Notes under the pieces: generated by a model
Database searches by the model: none
Seen by the model: only the letters and a program-made list of their open reading frames with translations
What the model was told of the DNA's origin: nothing
Shown here: piece by piece, positions 36,152 through 45,035 of the stretch
Position numbering within the stretch: the stretch's first letter is position 1
Layout: every line of letters starts with the position of its first letter
Source: Promethearchaeati archaeon
Lineage (GTDB): Archaea; Asgardarchaeota; Heimdallarchaeia; Heimdallarchaeales; Heimdallarchaeaceae
NCBI GenBank assembly: GCA_013166775.1
Contig: JABLTJ010000001.1
Location: 130,237 to 194,236, forward strand
Length of the DNA: 64,000 nucleotides
Direction: 5' to 3'
Translations under genes and position numbers: made by a program

Positions 36152-36898
36152 ATGGTACGAGATCATGGCGCTATGACCGGAGACAAAAGAATTGATTTAA
36201 AAGGTAAGTCTCTTGTCCGATACCAAGCGCATGGAAGAAGATTTGAATTGCTGGTTAATCCAGAATCAGCTTGGTTATTTTTGCAGGGAGAAGAAGTGAA
36301 TCCCGATGATATTTTTGATACATTTCAAGTTTATGAAAATGTTTCTCGTGGTCACAGAGCTTCTGAAGATGATGTTATAGCTGTATTCGGGGAAGAAGCA
36401 AGTGAAAGAGATATTGCTTTACGCATCTTAAAAGATGGTCAGCTTCAATTAACTGCTGAGCAAAGAAATGAAATACTGAAGGAAAAACGAGCAGAGATTG
36501 TTAATTTTATTCATATTCACTGTATTAATCCCAGAGAAAATACTCCTATACCTAAAGATAGGATTGATAATGCAATAATGGATTTGGGAGTTAATATTGA
36601 TTATAAAGAAGAAATTAAAATACAGGCTTTAGAAATTATTGATTTACTTAAACCAATTATGCCTATCAGGCTTGAATCAGTAAAATTAGCTGTGAAAATT
36701 CCTCCAAGTTTTACGGGATCATTATATGGTTTCGTTCTTTCATCCGGAAATCTAGTTCAAGAAGAATGGTTATCTGATGGTAGTTTGGCTGTTTTGGTTC
36801 AAATACCTTCTGGAACACAAGCAGATTTTTTGGAACAAATAACTTCTCGTACAAAAGGTAAAGCACAGATTAAAGTGTTAGAAAGATTGTCAGAATAA
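36152..36898 (+). CDS. sdo1: ribosome maturation protein SBDS/Sdo1
   Basis: VRYQAHGRRFELLVNPESAW (FYSH domain). First gene of the exosome superoperon. ATG at 36152 is preferred over GTG at 36143. Confidence 0.9.
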   Translation: MVRDHGAMTGDKRIDLKGKSLVRYQAHGRRFELLVNPESAWLFLQGEEVNPDDIFDTFQVYENVSRGHRASEDDVIAVFGEEASERDIALRILKDGQLQLTAEQRNEILKEKRAEIVNFIHIHCINPRENTPIPKDRIDNAIMDLGVNIDYKEEIKIQALEIIDLLKPIMPIRLESVKLAVKIPPSFTGSLYGFVLSSGNLVQEEWLSDGSLAVLVQIPSGTQADFLEQITSRTKGKAQIKVLERLSE

Positions 36899-36917
36899 AT
36901 TTTAAAGGTCGAGAAAA

Positions 36918-37619
36918 ATGTCCAAAATAGCATTAGAAAACCATGCAATTGTTATCCCTGGTGATATATTAGCTGAGGGAAATGTACGATATGGAGAGGG
37001 AATCATAAAGAGGGGAGACTACTACTATTCAACTGTTGTCGGTCTTTTTCAAGATAAAGGAGATTTTATTCAAGTAAAATCCTTGAAAGGAAAATATGTT
37101 CCCAGATCTGGAGATTTGGTAATTGGAAAAATAATTGAAGTTGGATTAACAAATTGGATAATTGATATAGGTTCTCCTTATTTTGCTGTTTTACTAGCAA
37201 ACAACGCAACTGAAAAGAAATTTGATCCAGTAAAAGATGATGCAAGAAGAATCTTCAATGTCGGTGATATAATTCTTACCAAAATAGTTAGTTTCGATAG
37301 AACCAGAGATCCGCAAGTTATTACAAACGAAAGAGGACTCGGAAAATTGAGAGGTGGCAGAATTATTGAAATTGAAGCAGCACACATTCCTCGAGTAATA
37401 GGAAAGAAAGGTACAATGATAAACATGGTAAAAAGATTAACTAGAACACAGATTATAACTGGTCAAAATGGAAGAATCTGGATTCAAGGTAAGAAAAAAG
37501 AAGACGAACTGAAAGCAATAGAATCAATAAAGAAAATAGAATTAGAAGCCCATACTCAAGGGTTAACCGATAGAATTCGAGACATGTTATCGGAAAATAA
37601 TAACAATGAAATTAGGTGA
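36918..37619 (+). CDS. rrp4: exosome complex RNA-binding protein Rrp4 (S1 + KH)
   Basis: N-terminal domain, S1 domain (PRSGDLVIGKIIEV), KH motif (VIGKKGTMINMV). Immediately precedes rrp41. Confidence 0.9.
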   Translation: MSKIALENHAIVIPGDILAEGNVRYGEGIIKRGDYYYSTVVGLFQDKGDFIQVKSLKGKYVPRSGDLVIGKIIEVGLTNWIIDIGSPYFAVLLANNATEKKFDPVKDDARRIFNVGDIILTKIVSFDRTRDPQVITNERGLGKLRGGRIIEIEAAHIPRVIGKKGTMINMVKRLTRTQIITGQNGRIWIQGKKKEDELKAIESIKKIELEAHTQGLTDRIRDMLSENNNNEIR

Positions 37620-37624
37620 AATTT

Positions 37625-38677
37625 ATGGCAGGAGACGGAACAGTTCAACTAATAGATGAAAAAGGAAAGAGACTTGATGGTCGAAATTTCGATGAACTCA
37701 GACCAATAAGTATCAAAATAGGCGTATTAGAAAATGCGGATGGTTCTGCAGAAATCCGCATGGGAAATAATATTATTATCGCTGCAGTTTATGGACCAAG
37801 GGAACTTCATCCAAAACACCGCGCTCTTCCTGATAGAGCATTAATTCAGTGTTTTTATAGGATGTCAACTTTCTCTGTTAATGATAGAAAAAGCCCTGCT
37901 CCATCTAGAAGAGAAAAAGAAATATCAATGATTATCAGTAACGCACTCACTTCCGTAGTGTTTACAGAAAAATATCCCAGAACAACAATTGATGTCTACC
38001 TACAAGTGTTACAGGCAGATGGAGGCACCAGGTGTGCAAGTTTAACTGCTGCATCTGTGGCACTTGCTGATGCAGGGATCCCAATGAGGGGATTGATTGC
38101 ATCCGTAGCTGGTGGTTTAATTAATGATAAGGTTGTACTTGATCTTTATGATATAGAAGATCAAAAGGGTTCTGGGGATGTACCACTTGGTTATTGCCCA
38201 GTTTTAGATGAGATATCACTAGTCCAATTGGATGGTGTATTTACTTTAGAACAATTTGAAGAATGTTTAAAACTTTCAATCAAAGGTGCTACTGAAATTT
38301 ACGATATTCAAAAGAAAGCACTACAAGACAAATACGCGGCAATACGAGCTGATGTATCTGTAGATGCAAAGGAGACAAAAAAAGAAGTTAAACCCAAAGA
38401 GGAACCTAAAGCTGAAATCAAGGAAGAATCCCAAGCGGTTAAAGAAGAACCCAAGGAAGCAATTAAAGTGGCTCCTAAACCTGAAATCAAAGCTAAACCC
38501 AAAGAGGAACCTAAAACTGAAGTCAAAGAAGAACCCCAAGCGGTTAAAGAAGAACCCAAGGAAGCAGTTAAAGTAGCTCCTAAACCTGAAATCAAAGCTA
38601 AACCCAAAGAAGAACCTAAAGCTGAAGTCAAGGAAGAACCCCAACCTGAGATTAAAGACGAAAAGGAGGCTAAATAG
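37625..38677 (+). CDS. rrp41: exosome complex exonuclease Rrp41 (RNase PH fold) with ~110-aa K/E/P-rich repeat tail
   Basis: RLDGRNFDELRP, GSAEIRMGNNIIIAAVYGP, ADGGTRCASLTAASVALADAGIP. The C-terminal tail is made of tandem 35-aa units. Confidence 0.9.
   Translation: MAGDGTVQLIDEKGKRLDGRNFDELRPISIKIGVLENADGSAEIRMGNNIIIAAVYGPRELHPKHRALPDRALIQCFYRMSTFSVNDRKSPAPSRREKEISMIISNALTSVVFTEKYPRTTIDVYLQVLQADGGTRCASLTAASVALADAGIPMRGLIASVAGGLINDKVVLDLYDIEDQKGSGDVPLGYCPVLDEISLVQLDGVFTLEQFEECLKLSIKGATEIYDIQKKALQDKYAAIRADVSVDAKETKKEVKPKEEPKAEIKEESQAVKEEPKEAIKVAPKPEIKAKPKEEPKTEVKEEPQAVKEEPKEAVKVAPKPEIKAKPKEEPKAEVKEEPQPEIKDEKEAK
38390..38644 (+). repeat. 2.4 copies of a near-perfect 105-bp tandem repeat inside the rrp41 3' region
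   Basis: Units start at 38390, 38495 and 38600 (aaacccaaagaggaacctaaa...) with only a few substitutions. Each encodes KPKEEPKAEIKEE(S/P)QAVKEEPKEA(I/V)KVAPKPEIKA. Confidence 0.9.
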
Positions 38678-39487
38678 ATGGGCGACGATTTTGTAATAAG
38701 TGAAATTGAAAAAGATTATATTAAATCCTTACTGGAACAAAAGAAAAGAATAGATGGCAGAGAATTCAATCAAGCTAGAAATGTTGAATTCGAACTTAAC
38801 CTTGTTAAAAAGGCAGAAGGTTCTGCAATTGTAACATTAGGAGGTTCTAAATTAATAGTGGGTGTAAAAGCACAATTAGGTTCTCCATTCCCCGATACAC
38901 CAGATACTGGAGTTATCACAACAAGCGCGGAATTATCACCGATAGCTTCTCCCTATTTTGAGAGTGGTCCTCCAAGTAATGATGCAATTGAACTAGCACG
39001 TGTAACAGATAGAGCTATTAGAGAATCCCATTGTGTGGATTTATCTAAATTATGTGTTATACCAAAAAAATCAGTGTGGATTCTATTCATAGATTTCTAC
39101 ATTCTTAATCATGATGGTAATTTATTCGATGCTGCAGTAATTGGTGCTGTAGCTGCTCTTGCAACCACAAAGATTCCCAAAGTAAAAATGCTTGAAGATG
39201 ATGAAGTGGAAATCCTTGAAGAAGTTGAACCTTTGAAAATTGAACATTATCCTATTTCTGTAACTTCATACAAAATTGGAGAATACAATATAATTGATGC
39301 CAATTTCAAAGAAGAAAGAGTTAGTGAAGCAAGAGTAACTGTAGGGTTTGATGAAAAAGACCGAATTGTATCTTTACAAAAAGGTGCTACAGGAGTCTAT
39401 AAACCCGATGAACTCTTAGCTGTCATTAAAGAATCTTTGAACGTATCGAAAACTTTAAGGAAAGAGCTGATGAAAGCGCTTTCGTAA
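38678..39487 (+). CDS. rrp42: exosome complex component Rrp42 (inactive RNase PH fold)
   Basis: RIDGREFNQARNVEF, GSAIVTLGGSKLIVGVKAQ. The ATG directly follows the rrp41 stop. Confidence 0.9.
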   Translation: MGDDFVISEIEKDYIKSLLEQKKRIDGREFNQARNVEFELNLVKKAEGSAIVTLGGSKLIVGVKAQLGSPFPDTPDTGVITTSAELSPIASPYFESGPPSNDAIELARVTDRAIRESHCVDLSKLCVIPKKSVWILFIDFYILNHDGNLFDAAVIGAVAALATTKIPKVKMLEDDEVEILEEVEPLKIEHYPISVTSYKIGEYNIIDANFKEERVSEARVTVGFDEKDRIVSLQKGATGVYKPDELLAVIKESLNVSKTLRKELMKALS

Positions 39488-39504
39488 GAAAAAGGGTGAG
39501 AATA

Positions 39505-39786
39505 ATGCCTAAAACAAAGAAAGTTGGTTCAACCGGTCGATTTGGTGCTCGTTATGGTAGTACAATAAGAAAAAGAGTCAGAGAAATAGAGGACAAAAGT
39601 AAAGCAATTTACAAATGCCCAGTTTGTTACATGCGAACCTTGAAACGATCTGGTCTTGGTATTTGGGAGTGCACAAAATGTGGAGAAAAACTTACAGGGG
39701 GAGCTTGGGAGCCCAATACTAGTGCTGGTAGAAGTATAATACGTAGAGTTACACGTATAGCTGAAGGTTTAAAGGAGGAAGATTAA
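39505..39786 (+). CDS. rpl37ae: 50S ribosomal protein L37Ae (eL43)
   Basis: MPKTKKVGSTGRFGARYG..., C4 zinc ribbon CPVC...CTKCG. Confidence 0.9.
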   Translation: MPKTKKVGSTGRFGARYGSTIRKRVREIEDKSKAIYKCPVCYMRTLKRSGLGIWECTKCGEKLTGGAWEPNTSAGRSIIRRVTRIAEGLKEED

Positions 39787-39790
39787 CTCT

Positions 39791-39809
39791 CCTTTTCTTT
39801 TATTATTTT
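39791..39809 (+). terminator. oligo-T tract after rpl37ae
   Basis: ccttttcttttattatttt begins 5 nt after the stop. Archaeal termination typically uses such T runs. Confidence 0.3.
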
Positions 39810-39863
39810 AAAAAGAGTTTACAATCCCTACATTTTAATTATGGTTAATTTCTGTTTGATTAT

Positions 39864-40424
39864 ATGAGTAGAATTGGATTTACTACTTCACGTTCACCAG
39901 CTAATAAAACTCGTTCTTTCGTACATGATATTATTGGGGTTGTTCCCAAGTCAGAAAGGATTGTAAGAGGATCTTCTAAACTCCTCATGTGTGTCACTGG
40001 GATGAAAAATAGAGGATTCGAAACAGCAGTAATTATTCATTCTGTTAAAGGAAATCCAAACTTTATGAGAATATTTGATTTGAAAACCGCACCCCAAGAA
40101 ATCCCTTACGCTGTTAAAATTAGGGGAATCACTCTATCAAGAGAATATCAACAAAAACATAGAAATAAGAAACCAGCTTTCGCAGTTCTTATCTCTTCTT
40201 TGAAAAATATAGAAGAGGAAAACATAATTAAAAGGATATTTGGGATTACTGAGGACAATATTGAGAGTATTAAGAGAAAAGAATATGTTACTGTGTATGC
40301 AGATTATATAGATGAAGAAGAAAAAATCATATTTATTGAATTTCTCAATGGTCTCAATAAGCAAGTAGGTCCAAGATTGAAAATGAAAGTGATACCAAGA
40401 GAACCTGAGGATTTACTTAACTGA
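39864..40424 (+). CDS. Brix-domain ribosome biogenesis protein (Imp4/Mil family)
   Basis: N-terminal IGFTTSRSPANKTRSFVHDI is the Brix hallmark. Conserved position in the exosome superoperon. Confidence 0.8.
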   Translation: MSRIGFTTSRSPANKTRSFVHDIIGVVPKSERIVRGSSKLLMCVTGMKNRGFETAVIIHSVKGNPNFMRIFDLKTAPQEIPYAVKIRGITLSREYQQKHRNKKPAFAVLISSLKNIEEENIIKRIFGITEDNIESIKRKEYVTVYADYIDEEEKIIFIEFLNGLNKQVGPRLKMKVIPREPEDLLN

Positions 40425-40448
40425 TAATAAAAATTGAGGAATAAGACG

Positions 40449-40715
40449 ATGGGTTCTACAATAAAGAGACTTGAGATTGATCTTGAATTCGAGATGGAAA
40501 ATGAAAAAATGAGTAATTTACTATATGAAACTTTGATTTTAGAATCTGGTTATAATCCAAATGATAGAGCAAAAGCTAGCTTAGAAGTTCATAATAATTT
40601 TCTAAAATTAAAAATTGATGCAATAGATTCAATTTCAGCAAGAGCAGCAATAAATTCATTTCTAAAATGGATTAACCTTTCAATTCAACTCATTAATCAA
40701 ATTGAAGCAGAATAG
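40449..40715 (+). CDS. pcc1: KEOPS complex subunit Pcc1
   Basis: LKLKIDAIDSISARAAINSFLKWINLSIQL matches the Pcc1 A-x-D-x3-LRA-x-NS-x-L-x-W motif. GAGGA lies upstream of the ATG at 40449. Confidence 0.8.
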   Translation: MGSTIKRLEIDLEFEMENEKMSNLLYETLILESGYNPNDRAKASLEVHNNFLKLKIDAIDSISARAAINSFLKWINLSIQLINQIEAE

Positions 40716-40740
40716 AATTTCGAAGTTCTGCTTCCACAAT

Positions 40741-41568
40741 TTAAACTATATTAGCTTTCTTTAATCGTCCCTGTACAACTGGTTTAAAGAACAGTTTTCT
40801 AATTGAAACTTTCACATAAAGAGGTTTCTTGAAATATTTAGCGACCCTTCGATATGAATCAATCGCACTCCATACACTAGGATAAGCATCAATCTCATTC
40901 ACTATTATCTTATTGAATTTTCTTCGTTTCATTTCTTCTAGGATATTTTCAATTGGCATAATACCTGCTCCAAAGGAGTAATGGGAATCCTCGTTTATTG
41001 TACAATCAGATAGATGTATTTCTTCAAGTTCATCAAAAGGCATCTTATCTAGTAGGTTCATATAGTTCTTAGGTCCGTTCCTTAAATATGAGTGGGCAAC
41101 ATCAAAAAGCCATCCTTGTAGTTGATCTCCTAGTTTATCCTTAAATTTCACATAAAGATCTTTAAACTCTTCATCTGAATAATTCTGAATGTTCTCAACA
41201 ACTAATTTAATATTCAATTGCTTTAGATTCTCCACCAAGGTTTCAAAATTTCCTTTTTCTTCCATAGGGTGAAAAACTCCCAAAATTAACTGAAGATCAT
41301 CTGAATGTTTGTTAATCAATTTGATAATGTCTCCAATCTCCTTCTCTTTGTCTGGATGGGCAAAATCATATCCCTCAATACCTTCTACAGGTAAGTGATA
41401 GGTTGTTTTCATCTTCCCAAGTGAATTGATTATTTCATTAATATTCTTGAAACTAGTTCCTTTTGGATTTATTTCACATGCTTCCATACCTAAAAGATTA
41501 GCAAAACGAACTAAATGTTCACATCCCAAACCCTCATAAGCTTGTATTGTTTGGCCAATCAGCACCAT
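40741..41568 (-). CDS. sugar phosphate isomerase/epimerase-like TIM barrel (xylose isomerase-like / AP endonuclease 2 fold)
   Basis: Alternating beta-alpha pattern; VFHP, VVENI, FDVAHS, IHLSD metal-ligand-like motifs. The start at ATG 41568 avoids overlap with the divergent gene. Confidence 0.7.
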   Translation of the reverse strand: MVLIGQTIQAYEGLGCEHLVRFANLLGMEACEINPKGTSFKNINEIINSLGKMKTTYHLPVEGIEGYDFAHPDKEKEIGDIIKLINKHSDDLQLILGVFHPMEEKGNFETLVENLKQLNIKLVVENIQNYSDEEFKDLYVKFKDKLGDQLQGWLFDVAHSYLRNGPKNYMNLLDKMPFDELEEIHLSDCTINEDSHYSFGAGIMPIENILEEMKRRKFNKIIVNEIDAYPSVWSAIDSYRRVAKYFKKPLYVKVSIRKLFFKPVVQGRLKKANIV

Positions 41569-41627
41569 GTTTTTTGTTGATAAAGAGAAATATATAAACC
41601 AATCTCTTAGATTTACAATGATTATTA

Positions 41628-42386
41628 ATGAAACATCCATCCAAAGCTTTAGTAAGAAAACCTAGTGACACTTACAAAAAATGCGTTTCTTCTCACCCTT
41701 TACATCACACAGTCGATGTACATAAAGCTAGAGAACAACATGAAAAATATTGTAAAACATTATCTGAATTAGGTCTTGAGATAATAGAACTTCCAATAAA
41801 AAATGATTTTCCAGATTCATGTTTTGTCGAAGATAATGCTGTTGTCCATCAGAATAGAGCATTAATTACTCGAATGGGAGAAGAAAGTAGAAGGGGGGAA
41901 GAAGTCGATGTAGAAGAAGAATTACAACAATATCTTGCTGTGAAAAGAGCTGTTGCCCCTGCTACAATTGAAGGAGGAGATGTAATTCATTTACCTGATA
42001 GATTAATTTGTGGAATTACTCAACGAACAAATAATCATGGCGCTAACCAGATGATGGAGTGGTTGAATGTCAAAGTTAATACAGTTACGAATCCTGATAT
42101 AGTTCATTTGAAAAGTTATATGAAATATCTTGGTAAAGAAACAATGATTACTACAGAAAAGTATAGCGAACATCCCCTACTTAAGAATTTGAGATTGCTT
42201 ATTGTACCAAAAGAAGAAGGTTATTCAGTTAATTGTTTGGCAATTGGAGATTCTGTAGTTATGTCCAATAGATTCTCTAACGCAAATGAAATAGTGAGAT
42301 CTGCAGGCTATGAAGTTATTACTCTTAATATGAGTGAGTTCGAGAAATGTCAAGCATCATTAACCTGTCTATCTATTATTTTCTAG
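41628..42386 (+). CDS. N(G),N(G)-dimethylarginine dimethylaminohydrolase-like amidinotransferase (DDAH family)
   Basis: ALVRKPS..., FPDSCFVEDNAVV, ESRRGEE, IEGGDV, VHLKS and C-terminal SLTCLSIIF (catalytic Cys). Collinear with Pseudomonas DDAH as I recall it. Confidence 0.8.
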   Translation: MKHPSKALVRKPSDTYKKCVSSHPLHHTVDVHKAREQHEKYCKTLSELGLEIIELPIKNDFPDSCFVEDNAVVHQNRALITRMGEESRRGEEVDVEEELQQYLAVKRAVAPATIEGGDVIHLPDRLICGITQRTNNHGANQMMEWLNVKVNTVTNPDIVHLKSYMKYLGKETMITTEKYSEHPLLKNLRLLIVPKEEGYSVNCLAIGDSVVMSNRFSNANEIVRSAGYEVITLNMSEFEKCQASLTCLSIIF

Positions 42387-42453
42387 GATAATTAAGACTT
42401 AAAACGTTAAAATGTGAATGCAAAAATCTAAATAGTTTAATTGACAAAATTAC

Positions 42454-43062
42454 ATGATTTACATGTTCCTAAAGAGATTCTTCAAATCGATTATTGGTTT
42501 TATTACATGTACTGTTGTTGTTGTTCTGTTGCTTTACATTATTTGGCCAACTATAGATATGGTAGAATTAATTGGTCTAAACAATAATATGAAAGCAGAT
42601 AATGGAACTGGTGGTCATTTCTGGGTTATTTTGCTAATGCTGTTAGTTGTAAACATGTTTTTGAAAATTGGTATTCCTTTGCCAGATATTTTATCTTCAT
42701 ACAGTATTGATAATCAATTCGGAAATCCAAGAATGTATATTTTAATAATCTTCATCTGGTTGATTGGCTCTTTTGCAGGAGGATTAGCATCCAGAGGAGG
42801 TCTCAGATCAGGAGCATGGTCTGCAATTTTGTCATTCCTATTTCTTGATTTTATATTCGCAACAATGACAGCATCAATGGGTTTGACGTTTGTAGGTTTG
42901 AATGGTTTTTCCCTATTTATTGTGATATTTCTAGCAACTTTGGTTCTAGGATCATTTATCTTTATACCAATAATTGGGTTAATAGGAGGAATTGCCGGTG
43001 GAATCCTTGGTAAAATGCTTTTTAGAAAGGAAAAGCGATTGAAAGATCAAGACGAGGAGTAA
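42454..43062 (+). CDS. integral membrane protein (Gly-rich TM helices)
   Basis: 202 aa, 5-6 hydrophobic segments, basic/acidic C-terminal tail. Confidence 0.65.
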   Translation: MIYMFLKRFFKSIIGFITCTVVVVLLLYIIWPTIDMVELIGLNNNMKADNGTGGHFWVILLMLLVVNMFLKIGIPLPDILSSYSIDNQFGNPRMYILIIFIWLIGSFAGGLASRGGLRSGAWSAILSFLFLDFIFATMTASMGLTFVGLNGFSLFIVIFLATLVLGSFIFIPIIGLIGGIAGGILGKMLFRKEKRLKDQDEE

Positions 43063-43621
43063 CAACAAAATTTCTCCATGATTATCTCTCTCAGTTAGTT
43101 TCCGGGAAATAAAAACCTTAATATAATTACGAGTTCTGATTCTTTATCTTCTTACTTAGTTTTTTAAGAAATCTTAATACAGAATTTTTTAAACAAAATA
43201 GTAAAGTGTTTATTCTATTAAACAGATAAGAAATTTCTTCGAGTTTATAAATCAAACTATAGATTATTTTATGAGACTTAGGTCTCTTACTGAGTTAAGC
43301 CATTGACTTAAGTAAAAGGAAACTTGCTGAAAGATCTAGAAGACAGAAAGAATTGGATAAACGGAAATCAATGGTTCAGAATAAGGTTCAGTTTTAGATC
43401 TTCGCTAAACCTCAGAAATTGTTTGAATTATTCTTAGGATTCTGATTAGCTTCAGCAAGCTTTTCTTTCTTTTTCTTTTTCTTCTTTTCTAATTAACAAG
43501 AACAATATCCATTTCAAGACACAAGAAAAAGATATAATATACGTCTATGAATAGAAATAACAGAGAGGTGATTTGACTGAAGAGTGGTGTATGTAAACAT
43601 TACGTTGGGATTAGTGCAATA

Positions 43622-44995
43622 TTGGTAATCCTAATAGGGTTGACTACAACAATAATTGGATGGGAGAATGTATCTGAACTCACCTTTCCTATAGGTGCAA
43701 TTCAACCTTCAAGCAAAACCTCTTCCACTCATGTGCCTATTAATATCCTCTCTGACCAAAATTTTACTGATTATGGCTTTCCAGGAACAGGAACGAGAAC
43801 AAATCCTTACAGAATAGAAAATTATTCTATTAACACAACAGAAGAGAAAGCAATCAATATCCAGAATGTGAGTAAATCGTTCATTATCCAACATTGTTTT
43901 GTAACTGCAGAGAGATATGGGATATATGTGGAAAATGCTGTAGGAGATACAACCATTATTAGGGACAATGAATGCACAAAATGTTGGGATGGGATCTCTA
44001 TTACCCTAGGGGGAAGTGTAGCTATTATTAATAACACCTGCTATCAGAATGAAAATTATGGTATTAGAGCTTATGACATCTATGATTATGTTCTCGTAGT
44101 AGAGAATAACTGCTCTTATAATGGGAGGGGATTAGTAGCACATAAAATTAGAGATGCAAAAGTATACGATAATCTATGTACATTTAATATTTTTGAAGGA
44201 GTAATTATATGGGAAACAGTTGCTATTGTTTATCAGAATGTTTGTGACTTTAATAATGATGGGATAACTACAAGGATAACACCTCCTGCACTTATTTACA
44301 ACAACACATGCAAGAACAATACGGAAAGTGGAATAAGATTATTTGGAGCATCGGATTCTATTGTTACTAACAATACTTGTGTAAATAATAGGAATGGGAT
44401 TTATAACATAAATTCTTTCCATACTAAAATCATTAACAATGCCTGTTTTAAAAATGAATATGGCCTTTTCTTTGATATTGGCTCATGGTATTGCACCGTT
44501 TCAGAGAATGATTGTTTTAATAACACCCAAGCAGGTATTGCTCTAGCTCCTTCAAGATTTAGCAAAATATCAAATAACACTATTCACTATAATCAAGGCT
44601 TTGGGATTTATTCAGAAAGAAGTTTAGAGTGTATTATAACTTACAATTTGATTGAAAATAATGATGATTATGGAGTGTATTTGGAAAATACAACCAATAA
44701 AACACAAATTGCTTACAATTACTTGCTTAACAACAATCCCTCAGGAACTTCTCAAGGCTATGATGCAGGGAAGAATAATAACTGGTTTGATGAAGAGAAC
44801 AAAGCAGGAAATTTTTGGTCTGACTGGAAGGGAAGGGGAAAATATAAAATTGCTGGTCCAGCAGAATCTGTGGATAAATATCCTTTGAATGAGCAATTGG
44901 AGAGGGTGTCTAGTCTTTCCTTTTTATGGCTTAGCCTCTCATTCTTTCTGCTTACTCTCCCAATTTTTAGCAAAAAATTGATCAAGAATAATTAA
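43622..44995 (+). CDS. secreted/surface right-handed parallel beta-helix (PbH1/NosD-like) repeat protein with C-terminal TM anchor
   Basis: N-terminal signal-anchor. About 12 repeats of ~22 aa with N-x-C/I-x-N-N-x-x-G-I periodicity (IINNTCYQNENYGI, VENNCSYNGRGL, NNTCKNNTESGI, NNACFKNEYGL). C-terminal LSFLWLSLSFFLLTLPIF. TTG start. Confidence 0.8.
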   Translation: MVILIGLTTTIIGWENVSELTFPIGAIQPSSKTSSTHVPINILSDQNFTDYGFPGTGTRTNPYRIENYSINTTEEKAINIQNVSKSFIIQHCFVTAERYGIYVENAVGDTTIIRDNECTKCWDGISITLGGSVAIINNTCYQNENYGIRAYDIYDYVLVVENNCSYNGRGLVAHKIRDAKVYDNLCTFNIFEGVIIWETVAIVYQNVCDFNNDGITTRITPPALIYNNTCKNNTESGIRLFGASDSIVTNNTCVNNRNGIYNINSFHTKIINNACFKNEYGLFFDIGSWYCTVSENDCFNNTQAGIALAPSRFSKISNNTIHYNQGFGIYSERSLECIITYNLIENNDDYGVYLENTTNKTQIAYNYLLNNNPSGTSQGYDAGKNNNWFDEENKAGNFWSDWKGRGKYKIAGPAESVDKYPLNEQLERVSSLSFLWLSLSFFLLTLPIFSKKLIKNN

Positions 44996-45035
44996 ATCCT
45001 ATAACTATCTAACTTCTTTCTTCTGTTTTAACCAC

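Noticed and set aside
38308-38644. Three overlapping ORFs (two antisense, one alternate frame) and a repeat pattern that could superficially suggest a repeat array
   Set aside because: All lie inside the rrp41 tandem-repeat tail. The repeats are contiguous 105-bp coding units with no spacers, so this is not a CRISPR array. The extra ORFs are repeat-generated shadows.
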